Positions 13,121 to 25,300 of a DNA stretch of 64,000 nt are shown here, in pieces. Location: positions 124,001 through 188,000 of the forward strand of contig NW_026852039.1 of assembly GCF_026571515.1 (NCBI RefSeq), written 5' to 3'. Position 1 is the first letter of the stretch. The number at the start of each line of letters is the position of its first letter. The stretch is from Ruditapes philippinarum. Lineage: Eukaryota. The translations under genes and the position numbers were made by a program. The notes under the pieces are model-generated. The model made no database searches. It saw only the letters and a list, made by a program, of their open reading frames with translations, and had not been told where the DNA came from.

Positions 13121-13655
13121 AGAGGATATTTGTTTGTTTTGCATGTAAGATTGAAATATAATTTCACTGAGTGAACACCAGATGCAATATTTTCACGAGT
13201 GGCGTAGCCACGAGTGAAAATATAATAGCTGGTGTTCACGAATGAAATATATTTCAATCTTATATGTAAAACAAATAAATTTTCTTTTTATTGTGATTTT
13301 TAGTATTTTTTATTGATTTTGCCGCGTAACGTCGCGCATTCTCCTATGTGACGTCATCACATCATTACGTCACATCATCAATTTTGAAATATAGTTCTGT
13401 TAAATTTCTCTAATTTTGTTACATTTTTAACATGATGTATGGTGACATCGACTTTCTCTTCCTTAAGAAGCACAATTTACGTATGACGGCATTTATTTCT
13501 GCCTGTTATTCCATTTAGTTATGATTTTCTTTTCATCCGCATTCGGATATAGTCCGGCTACAGTGAAAATTATATTTTATAAATTTCACTAGTGGTTTAT
13601 CAGAATATAATCATCTGATATATTACAATAAAACACTGGAAAGCATGAAATAAAT
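13121..13655. mobile_element. Non-coding long-hairpin element (AGAGGATATT start, CACGAGTG-GCGTAGC-CACGAGTG apex)
   Basis: Palindrome at ~13128-13280. TTTTATTGTGA after the hairpin is mirrored by TTACAATAAAA at 13623-13633. Confidence 0.65.
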
Positions 13656-14935
13656 TTACGGTTAAACCAGGGAATTCCCCAGGATTATTTTTAAGCGCTA
13701 CATTTTTTTATTTAGACAGGGGTGGGTGCGGGAGGGGGTCTTAACCCCATACCGCGTGTCGAAATATTTTGCCATTTTAGGTGTCAAGATACTGCTGTGG
13801 GCTGTTTTAAAACAAATAATGAAAGCTTTTCACTTGATAAACATTTTCTTAATTTTTATTATTTACTTTTTCCATTTCCAATAAACAATTATATATAAAC
13901 ACAAGTTCACAACATGTGATCAACATTTATATGTATGTGTGTGTCCCATTTAAATGAGTATATTTCATTTGTTTTTTCTTCATTAACATCATTAAAAGTG
14001 GGCCTGTCTTCTAGGTTTGTTGTCCTTCCATGCCTTGACTGCCTTCTCAAAGTTGAAAGATTCTAATGGGGGTCCTTGAAGGGAGACGGCAAGAAGATAG
14101 TTTAGAACTTTAACAGAGAGACAATTCCTGTTTTCAGTCTTAACTTTCTTCAGGCAGCTGAATCCTCGCTCACAATCTGAAATTAATAAATGAAAGTAAT
14201 CATTTATGTTAACCTCATGTCTTTTATTTACAGTCTAACTTGCCCATGCGACCACGTGTATTAAGCGACTTTTGTCTTAAACGACCACTTTAAATTGCCC
14301 CCGATCATTTTATCTCTATATCTTTAATGTATTAAGCGACTTTTGCTCAACGCGACCAGCGACCGCTAATTAGTCACCTAATTGACATTAATCTTTTCAT
14401 TAAACGACCACTTTTACCTGTCAAGTAATTGTGTTTTTTAGAGAACGCCACCTCGTTATGTCACAAGTGTCAGCAATAAAAACACAACAATAAACGTGTG
14501 AAAAACTCTATTTCCCATACCGTTTAAGCGTATGCAAATGAAGTTAAGTATACGCGTGACGTGTATTATCAAATAATATCGGATAAACAATGCAACGCTC
14601 CGCCCATACTGAGATGGTGTATACGCTTCGCTTGTTGACATTTAGACTGCATTGAATTGACCTTGAACTTGAGCAGCCATTAAATCAATCGTAACAATTA
14701 GATGTAGTTTGTTTATTTCAAATGAAAAAAAAATGCACAACAGAAAGCATCTTCACTAATAGGGTTTTCGTGTTGGAGACAAGGAAAAACAACGGAGAAG
14801 TTAAAAAATTCTGGAAAAAATGTCAAACATGTACGTAAGGGATCAAAACTGTTTTGTCAATAAATATCAGAACGTTATTTTTACATTTGCATCCGTTTAG
14901 ATTGCCGGAGCGTACTTATTATTCAACATTTATAT

Positions 14936-17190
14936 AACAAGAACTGTCGGAGGACAGTAACACTCGACTATTCGAAAATTTGTCACAAGGGTGTTTCATT
15001 GAGTATAATAATGCTTACCTATATGAATACATAAAATTGTCCGAAAAGGTACAAACTCTTCAAGTTTCAATACATTCCCTTCAGTAAGTATGGAGATACA
15101 AGCTTACATGCAAAAACTTAACCAAGAATTCATGAGTCGAAAAAGGGGCATAATTATGCAAAGAAACAAATCAGAGTTATGGGACTTGTACTAATCATCT
15201 TAGATAATCACAGAGAACAAGTGTGTGAAGTTTCAATCCATTCCCTTCAGTAGTTATGGAGATACCAGCTTACATACAAAAACTTAACCAAGAATTTCTA
15301 AGTCGAAAAAGGGGCATAATTATGAAAAAAAGCAAATCAGAGTTATGGGACTTGTGCCAATCATCTTAGATAATCACAGAGAACAAGTGTGTGAAGTTTC
15401 AATCCATTCCCTTCAGTAGTTATGGAGATACCAGCTTACATGCAAAAACTTAACCAAGAATTTCTAAGTCGAAAAAGGGGCATAATTATGAAAAAAAAGA
15501 AAAACCAGAGTTATGGGACTTGTGCCAATCATCTAAGATAATCACAGAGAACAAGTGTGTGAAGTTTCAATCCATTCCCTTCAGTAGTTATGGAGATACC
15601 AGCTTACATACAAAAACTTAACCAAGAATTTCTAAGTCGAAAAAGGGGCATAATTATGAAAAAAAGCAAATCAGAGTTATGGGACTTGTGCCAATCATCT
15701 TAGATAATCACAGAGAACAAGTGTGTGAAGTTTCAATCCATTCCCTTCAGTAGTTATGGAGATACCAGCTTACATACAACAAGAGCTGTCAGAAGGACAG
15801 CGCGCTCGACTTTTTTAGTGCTTGCCTATAAAACAAAACTTTGACAGTTAAGGGCACACAAGACTTTAACTAGGAATTTTTAAGTACAAATCAAGAAACA
15901 TTTTCACAGAGTTATCTTCTCTTGCTTACAGATAGGTCTCATGATGGCACATAAGAACTCCAACTTCCAAAGTAATATCTCAAATGGTTAAGTCAAACAA
16001 GTGGACAAGAATGAAAATCTTAACTGAGTTTCTAAGTCAAAAAGGGCCATAATTCAAATAAAATCCTTAACAGAATTACCTTCTCCTGCCCATGTTTTGG
16101 GACCATGATGGTAAACAAGTATTCCAACTTTCAAATTAATATCTCAAACAGTTCAGTCAAAAAGTGGACTGGTACTAAAAACTTAACCAAGATTCTAAGT
16201 CGATAAAAGGCCTTAATTTTTAAAACAAATCCTTGACAGAGTTACCTTCTCTTGCGTACAGATGGGGGTAATGATGTGAAATAGCATTAAAAGTTTCAAA
16301 GCAATATCTCAAAGGGTTAAGGCAATAAGTGGATTTTACCCATATTCAATGTATTTTCTAAGTCAAAAAGGGGCATAATTCTGTCAAAAACCTTGACAGA
16401 GTTATGTCCTCTTGTCTGTTGATGAAGGTCGTGATGGTAAACAAGTATGGTCAGTTTCAAAGCAATACCTCCAATGGTTTTGAAATAAAGTGAGGTGGTA
16501 CAAAAAACTTAACCAAGCTCAATACACTTTCTAAGTCAAAAAAGGGCCATAATTCTGTCAAAAACCTTGACAGAGTTATGTACTCTTGTCTGTAGATGGA
16601 GGTTATGATGGTGAACAAGTATGGTAAGTTTCAAAGCCATACTTGTAATACTTCTGAAATAAAGTGGGGTGGTACGAAAAACTTAACCAAGGTGTGACGC
16701 CAACGCTAACGCCGACGCCGACGCCGGGGCGAGTAGGATAGCTCCCCTTTTCATAGAAAAGTCGAGCTAAAAACTTAACCAAGAATTTCTAAGTCGAAAA
16801 AGGGGCATAATTATGAAAAAAAGCAAATCAGAGTTATGGGACTTGTGCCAATCATCTTAGATAATCACAGAGAACAAGTGTGTGAAGTTTCAATCCATTC
16901 CCTTCAGTAGTTATGGAGATACCAGCTTACATACAAAAACTTAACCAAGAATTTCTAAGTCGAAAAAGGGGCATAATTATGAAAAAAAAGCAAATCAGAG
17001 TTATGGGACTTGTGCCAATCATCTTAGATAATCACAGAGAACAAGTGTGTGAAGTTTCAATCCATTCCCTTCAGTAGTTATGGAGATACCAGCTTACATA
17101 CAAAAACTTAACCACAGGGACGCCGACGCCGACGCCTACAAATGGGTGACTGCATTAGCTCGATTATTCTGCGAATAGTCGAGCTAAAAA
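14936..17190 (+). mobile_element. HINE-like element with a homogeneous ~166-bp satellite array
   Basis: AACAAGAACTGTC start. Near-identical units (GAAGTTTCAATCCATTCCCTTCAG...) at ~15228, 15394, 15561, 15727, 16885 and 17051. (GACGCC)n precedes the terminal hairpin AGCTCGATTATTCTGCGAATAGTCGAGCT. Confidence 0.85.
15778..16770 (+). mobile_element. Related HINE nested inside the array of the previous element
   Basis: It interrupts the unit ...TACATACAA|AAACTTAACC exactly. It has its own AACAAGAGCTGTC start, diverged ~170-180-bp units, (GACGCC)n and an AGCTC...GAGCT end. Confidence 0.8.
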
Positions 17191-19372
17191 TGAAGTTAAA
17201 AACAATCCCATCGAATAAAAAAGATGTCATTTATAAATTTTGACTTTCATATCATGCTGACTGTCTTAAGAGACCGTTTCATTAAGCGACCGTTTTTGGT
17301 GTTTCCCTTGCCCGGTCGCTTAATACACGTTTGACTGTATATTGTTTGTTTGCTGTGAATTTTTGAAAATTTAAAACTTCCAGTCTGTTTAAACTTAACT
17401 AAGTAAAAAAATTTATATTTGAAATGTTGAAAAACTTCTAGCAAAGTGTTGCACATCTGCAACTGTCATTGGAATTTCATTAATGTTCAAGAATGAATGA
17501 ATTTAATAATAATTACCTGCAATAGAGGTTGGGAGGAGGAGACCCACAGCAGCAATTCTGTAAAGAGCTGGATGACTGGTAGAAAGGTTGCCAGTAATCC
17601 AGGTCATGGTCTGGTCGGCTGACTGATCAGTCCCCTCTAGACTGGCATGTACCTGGTGCCAGTGGCTGCGGCACAGCTCCATATCTATACCAAAATGCCT
17701 GGCCAGCTCCTGTATGTCCTGACAAACCAATGCTAAGGGGTAGGACAGTAGATTGCACTTCACAAAGCTGTCCATGAACAGGTTGATTAAAGAGGGCCTG
17801 CAAAATTAATATTTTTTTCATTTTGGGGATTCAGTGAACAGAAACAGATTACAAGATATTTTTAATTAAAAAAGAAAATGACCAATTGGCTGTCACTAAG
17901 TGGGATTGTTGATGTAAACTAAAAGTTTTTGTTGTTGTTTTCACTCAGTTGCAAGTTGATAATGAACAGTCTATACTGTTTTCATTGTTTAAGTAGCCAT
18001 CAACCAAATTTAGTTATGAATATCTATGCAGTTTAATCCAAGTAAAATACGATTATCATGTATATATTAAAAAGCAAAATAATCCTGAGACAGTTTCAAC
18101 GACATTGCTCACCAAAAAAAACTCATAAAATTGATAGTGAACTAGGCATCCCTTATTCATGTTAAGACATATTAATTTTTGAAATCTTAATACTACAGTA
18201 CTGCTTAGACGTAACGATCATAAGAAAGTGAAAGATGAAATTGAACATTACACTTATATCAAGACAATTAACCCATTCATCCCTAAATATCAAACTGTTA
18301 TATCGCATGTCAATTAATGCCAATTATATTATCAAAACAATAAAAGTTATTACACCTACTTGAAACATGTAAATATCACACATGTCGCGGTTAAATTGCA
18401 CCCATCTCAATACACGGTAATTGACAACACCTGAAAGTGCACCAACAGTCGTCTGCAGACATCGATGACAGGTGTCTGTGACGTCACACAGTTTAAAGGC
18501 AATCAGTGTATCGGGTTGTGTATACGCCTCGGGTAATTATCTACACAGGACATGTATGTTGGCTTGTTTATTTGGCTAATTGGGGTTAACTTATAGACAC
18601 AATAGAAAGGAATATCGGTCATTTTTTAAAGCGCTATGATAATTTTAAGCGCATCGGGATTTCTTGTTCTGAAATTTTAGCGCATCGGTGCCGATGCGCT
18701 AAAAGCGCCTGGGTTAAACCTACCACGAGTCAGAAATACAGTGAGATACTCAATCGGTTATCATTACTTAAGAAAAGCATGTCTGCTGCTAGTTCGGAAA
18801 CTGTCAATCCGTGTATTAGATCTATAAATAATTACAATAATTACAATAAATAGTGATAACACAAACCTAAATATTAATAATTGCAAAATGGGCCGAGTTG
18901 ACCCGTGCCGAGTTGGAATAGGGCCGAGCCGACTCGGGGCCGAGTACGTTTTAGGGCCGAGCTGACCCGGATTCGGTTGGGACATAAACATATTCTTACT
19001 TCTTTATTAATTTAAAAATTTCGTGACACACTTCACTAATTGCATTCTAAATCAACCAAAGTTTACATGTAAAAATTGGAAATTATGCAGTTATCTAATG
19101 TGGGTACGAATTGACGATGGTGCGAAATGTTAATGGTTAACAGTGAGTGATTAATTTCTATCACTGATCATCATAGAAGTTCATAGAAATATCATTATCA
19201 AAAAATGTACTGTATCTAATCACAGATCTGAATTTTTCTGCGTAAAATTTTACAAATCTGACAATAAGATCGTTTTTTTTTTACCTTTTTTCTTGTTCAT
19301 AACAATCCATTTCTCGCGCGCTTTATTTTCCGGTGAACACGTAAACAATACTCTTCAGTACGGAGGTGAAAG

Positions 19373-22300
19373 ATGAACTGTCAAACTATGCAAGGCTTTC
19401 TGTATATTTTTGCATGCATAAACGTGTATATTGCAGTTTGCAATGCAAATGGTAAAGTTACAGGGGAAGGAGAAGGTTTTTGTCAGAAAACTAGCGATGG
19501 TGTGACGTGTGTTAATCATGACGACCTTAGATTGACTCGTATTGACGGGATGCAGGTAAACTTTAAGGTTCTATGGTACTAAAAATTTGTTTTCAAATTA
19601 CATGTACGTGTACAAGCTTCACTCAAGCACAATAGGTAACGTTAAAACTTATAAAGAAACTCTTCAAACTGGAAGAGTTTGGAACTCTTCACACCAAGTG
19701 TCTGTGATCAAATGTTCAGGTGACAATCAGGTCTAAATCATAGTCCTTGTAATTGTTCTACACATTGAGACCTGTGCATGTATTGTGCTATTTACTAAGT
19801 TGTGTGCATGATATACTATGTAATGGCCATGAGTTATGAATCGGTGCACACAAGTTTATTAACTGATGCCCACGAGATACTATGTGTTGCGCACAAATTG
19901 CTAAACGGTGCAAATGAGATATAATGTTGTGTGCACAACGCACAGGTTACTAAGTCGTGGCCATGAGTTACTAAGTGGTGCACACAAGATACACAAGTAA
20001 TGGGCACAAGTTACTGTGTGGTGCAATCAAGATAACTTGTTTTCATAGTTAACTAGGACAATGATGCTCCTACATCACCTGCCTGTCACAGTGCCATATT
20101 TATATTCAATTATATATTGGACAATCAATTTACATTTAGCGTCATTGTGACTGTGATTTTTCACCCAATGACCTACAAAGTATTAAGTGTACTGAGCAGG
20201 TGTAATATCCATACTAGGTTATATAAACCATGGCTGTAGCTGCTTATTCAGACTTAGTCAAAATTATTTCTGATTTATGGGCCTTGGATAGTGACCTCCT
20301 AAATATGATCCTCAAGTTTAAAGTGAATACCTTCAGACTCAGTAGTTTCAAAGATAAATGTTGCATGTAAAATTTTAAACAGGTATTTTCTAAGTTTAAA
20401 AAATTCATATATAGTGAAATCTGATTGGTTAATATATTGTGCCCACAACTTATAATTATCTCATTCGCACCACATAGTAACTTGTGTGCACAACTTAATT
20501 ATCTCATGCACACGACTTAGTAAGTGGTGGCCACGATTCCACGAAATAGTTACTTGTTGGCACCACTTAACTATCTTGTGCGCACGACATAGTATATCAC
20601 GCACAAGATAAATAATAATAATAAAAACATACACATGTCACCTCTGTACCAACGTAGTCTGCTGCCATGCCATACTAACATTTAAATGTAGATCCTGTAA
20701 TTTTCTCTAAGACATCTTGGTATAAACATGAAATGCCTTTAATTATATAGCAATACATATCTAAAACTTTATTTACAGGTTGGAAATGTCAGAACAATAA
20801 ATGCAGATGGTAAAAAACTCCAGATGAAAACACTTAACATAAAACCTTTGGTATTTGGTATGTGTTTTAACTCAAATGATGCAATATGTAATATTGGCAG
20901 ATATTTCAAATATTAAATGTGTTTAGAATTTAAATATATAATTTGTTTGAAAAGAATTGTTTGCTAGGTTGTAAGTTATGACAAAAGTTTGTTAATTTTT
21001 CAACAGTAAAATGTTTTTATAGATAATGAAAACCACTTGTGTAACATAATAATCTGAAACCAGGATTTCATTTGCCACTTTGATCTGAAATAATAGTGCA
21101 AATTTGTTTCAGCTTTGAATGATCAAGACATATTTTTCTGTATTAATGAAATTAATATTTATTTTTAGAAATTGAAGATTTTCTGTCAGATGACGAATGT
21201 GATCATTTTATAGAGACAGCCAAGCAGATTGGTTTAGAATCCAGCCATACAGAGAACCAGTCACCAAAACAGGGTTTACAGTTGATGGATGTGAATTCTG
21301 ACAAAGCTCTTAGTCTGTCTGAGGTAAAATACAGGTCCATTTTGAATAAATTATCTCAAATTCTAAAGAATATAGATTTCTAATACCATGTAGACAGGAA
21401 GAATGGTTAAAAGACTTGTATGAAATCTGGTTTCAATTTTGAAATCTGGTTTTAATTTTGAAATAATATCCTTGATTTCTTTTGTTCCACATTAAGGAAA
21501 GTGTTAAACTTCTAAACAGATTGCCATGAAAAGATAAAGCTAGTGAAATAGAACATTTTAAATATTTTAGGGTTAAATTTTACATGACATCACCTTAGTG
21601 CAGTAATGGGTTAAGTCCTTCTGAATTTTATAGAAGTTAATCAGTAATTACACTAAGTCTAAGGTGACAGTGAGTCAGTCTATTCTTCATTTCATGTTTT
21701 ATAATGACATCTTCTTGGTGAATAACTTGAGCAGGACAAGATAGTTCAATATGCTGCAACACTGCATGGTTTTTGTTGTAAAAACCTCACAGTCTAGACA
21801 ACTAAAAAAATAAAATATGCAAGAGATAAGAAAAAAAATTACTAGGCAAACATAAGAACTCAGCAATGAAATACTTGGAAAACAAAACAATTTTTAAAAT
21901 TTAATATAGTTTAATGATATTTTATTGCATATATAGATATACATCAACAAAATTACACAATACATGTATATGAAAGTGTTGGGCCAAAAGTTTTTAAAAC
22001 ATTATTGTGGGCCCTTCCCTGAAAATTTCATATATATGTATCTTGAAGAAATATAAATTATGGCTTAGATAATGGCAATGTTCTAAAAAACAGTATTATT
22101 GAAAATATTCTCTTTGATTTAAGAAGATTCCATGTTTTATTGTATAGATGAAGCTGACAATAGAGAATGGTTATGATATTTACTTGGATGAAGAAGATAT
22201 CATACAAATGTGAGATTTTTTAAATCATTTTATAAAATATATTTCATATTCATCATGTTACAAAATTAATATGACCAATATTTAGCATGTTTGTTCACGT

Positions 22301-25300
22301 TTTTGAAAGAATATTTTGTTTACAGAATCTTATGTAGATGTATGAAATGAGTTACCTTAATACAATAAAAATAGCACCTTTAATACTATTTTGAATATAA
22401 GTAATAAAAGTAAGATTGGGAACTTGCCCGTTAATGACTTTTAATTGGTCAGTTTTCAGATGTGATTAAATGTTAGCCAGTCAAATGCTTGAGTGTTAGG
22501 TCAACCATTAACCCTTACCCTCTGGAAACAAAACATGAGTAGCCTTTGCCATTGTGATATAATAAGGTCAGTCTGTGCACTACAATGTTGGTTGACCAAC
22601 TTAAAATTTTCATCTTGATATCCACAAAGTCATTAATGGGCAGTCCCAAAAGAAGGAGCTTGTCACAATCATTATTTTAAGAAATTCATAGCAGGTTATA
22701 CATTAATCAAATAAATTCTCATGTATTAAGCTGGGTGTTAAGTGAAACAAATGATCAGTAACTTTTTTTTAAAGGGTGAGTATAGCAAGGTATGAAGATG
22801 TATTGTTTTAATTGAGATTAATAAAATCTATATATGGATAAGAGGGTAAGGAAATCCAAATTCAAGGGTGATCGGTTCCATTGGGAACGAGCCTTTGCGA
22901 AATAACCCCATGTAAGATAAGATTTTCCAGCACCGCAATTTTTAGTAACATGGATTTTTCTATCTGGTTTAAGTGAAAAATAGTAAGTAATCATGTTTAA
23001 ATATAAGTTTTGGATGTATGTGCAGCTTTTTCTGCATGGATTGTGCATTGATACTGTGAGTCAGAATGTTGAAATTAAAAACTATCTATCTTTCACTTTA
23101 TCTTTTGTTAACTTTAAGTTGCATCATTCAGTCAATTTATTGTCAAAGGAGTAACAGTGCTTATTATTATTTATTGTATTCTTTTCAATAATTATGACTT
23201 TATTTCTTAAGTTCTTTTTAGTTAAAAGTTAGAAAAATTTTCATATTAAATTTTTTTTCTTGGTAATGGGATGAAAAGCACAAATTTTAATGTTTTGTTT
23301 TTTTATGACCCCAGATTGAAAGAAATGGAAAGCATTTTGAATTTTGGTTTGTCTGTTCGCCTATTTGTCAATCTGTCAAATTTGTAGCAAGGAAGTCCTC
23401 CCTTTTACAGGTGTGTGCACCTTTATTAGTTCTACTGCAAAAAGAAAACCTGCAACTTCATGAGTTCATACTACCATACCCACTTAGAAGTCATAGGGTA
23501 AAGGTCAAGGTCACTGTGACATTCAAGTATCAAATATTAACTATGGCCATTAAATAGAAGCTCTTCCATGTACATTGAAGCGCTCAAACCACCAGATCAA
23601 AGATCAAAGTCGTCATAACCTCTAAATATGAAATATTTACTGTAGTTATAAAACTGAAGTCCTTCCATCCTCAGTCTTCAAACTTCACAGATTTATGCGC
23701 TCTTTTTGCTAGACTCACTTAGAGTTCAATGGTCTCAGTCAACAGTGTCAATGACTTTTTGAGTGGCATGGCATTCATTTGAAAGTAGCAGTTGTTTATT
23801 CATTTACATCCTTGTTGGTTGCTGGTGTTTTTATATAGAAACATAATAATTTCGGTTCTACTAAATGTTGTTTATTATATACTCATAGACTTCATCCTGT
23901 TACAGGTATAAGGACCTCAAACTTGATTCTAATAATGACAGTGAGTTTTTATCACCATTTTTTCTCTCCTAATTTTTCACACTCTCTTTTTTTTACCTCT
24001 TGTACTGCCAGCAGAAACTGCATAAATAATGAAATGCACACATGCAATAATAATGAAATGTTTGTATGCATTCAGCTAGAATGAAGAGTTAGCATGCAAC
24101 AATTAACAATTACATATTGACATGCAACAATAATGAAATTATCAGGTACAACAACAAAGAAATATTCACATGCAACAGTGATAAAATATTTACATGCAAA
24201 AATAATAAAATATTCACATTCATCAAAATGAAATTACTTACATGCAATAACAATGACATATTCTTATGCATAAGAATTGTTACATATTGTTGAAACATTC
24301 ACATGCAACACGAATGAAAAATTCACATGTAACAATAATGAAATATTTACATGTAACAAGATTGAAATATTCACATGTATGTAACAAGATTGAAATATTA
24401 ATATGTAACAAGATTGAACAATTCACATGTACATGTAACAAGAATGAAATATTTACATGTAACAAGATTGAAATATTCACATGTACATGTAACAAGAATG
24501 AAATATTTACATGTAACAAGATTGAACAATTCACATGTAACAACAATGAAATACTTACATGTAACAAGATTGAAATATTCACATGTAACAAGAATGAAAT
24601 ATTAATATGTAACAAGATTGAACACTTCACATGAAACAATAATTAAATATTTACATGCAACACAAGAATTAAATATTCACATTCAACAGCAATGAAATAT
24701 TTACATGTAACAATCATGAACACTGACGCTAGCTAATGAAATGTCTGTGGTTTTCAGAAGTATAGCCAGAGCTTTTCTATACCCCTGTATACATGATAGC
24801 GGGGCAACTCATGAGAATGAAATCCTCCTTATTAAACCAACCTTTTGTCTTTTTGAAGTATCTTGCTGTAAAATTCCAGTTAGTTTAGTGTTATACTAGG
24901 TGATATCCTAGCCATCCCTGGTATCATTGTTACCTTTGTTTACTGTTTAAAATTTTTTGTTTAACCTTTGTTTACTGTTTAAAATTTTTTGTTTAACCTT
25001 TGTTTACTGTTTAAAAATTTTTGTTACCTTTGTTTACTGTTCAGAACTATTTACATTTAAAATAGTTCTTTGTCAAAAATTCTAATTTGGCTTCTTATAA
25101 TTGTTGCAGTAATCTTCAGTCATATATTTGTTTATTGCTATGCTTAAAATTACACTTTTCTTTTTGATTTCCTGCATTGTGTTGTTAGAGCTTGTTGTTG
25201 TTAACCTTGCTGCATTATTTTATGTTGCTCAGATGCAAATTCTGTGAATACATGTATAATGAAACTACTAGTTATCATAACGTTTACATTAGTTAGACCA

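Larger units (their letters stand above)
14231..17337. mobile_element. Tc1/mariner-pogo type MITE inserted in the hAT intron
   Basis: TA|CAGTCTAAC ... GTTTGACTG|TA termini with a TA duplication; TTAAGCGACC subterminal motifs are repeated at both ends. Confidence 0.75.
13992..17797 (-). pseudogene. hAT transposase C-terminal remnant (ZNF862-like, dimerization domain), two exons
   Basis: Exon 17797-17517 (...QDIQELARHFG...HPALYRIAAVGLLLPTSIA) splices in phase to exon 14176-13992 (DCERGFSCLKKVKTENRNCLSVKVLNYLLAVSLQGP...KAVKAW...stop), giving the hAT motif LPTSxADCERGFS. The catalytic core is absent. Confidence 0.85.
13668..18711 (-). mobile_element. Defective hAT DNA transposon with an 8-bp target-site duplication
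   Basis: Termini are CAGG...CCTG. GGTTAAAC occurs at 13660-13667 and 18712-18719. AGCGC subterminal motifs are present, and the element contains hAT transposase exons. Confidence 0.75.
11567..18974. mobile_element. Foldback/MULE-like MITE with GGCCGAGTTGAC subterminal repeats; outer shell of a nested insertion cluster
   Basis: The left cluster CCAACTCGGCACGGGTCAACTCGGCCC (11567-11637) is the reverse complement of GGGCCGAGTTGACCCGTGCCGAGTTGG (18890-18916). The right end is ...GACCCGGATTC; the left end appears truncated. Confidence 0.65.

Noticed and set aside
24110-24639. Repetitive ORFs on both strands (TCNKIEIF / LLHVNIS)
   Set aside because: Artefacts of a 24-bp minisatellite within a P4HTM-like intron.
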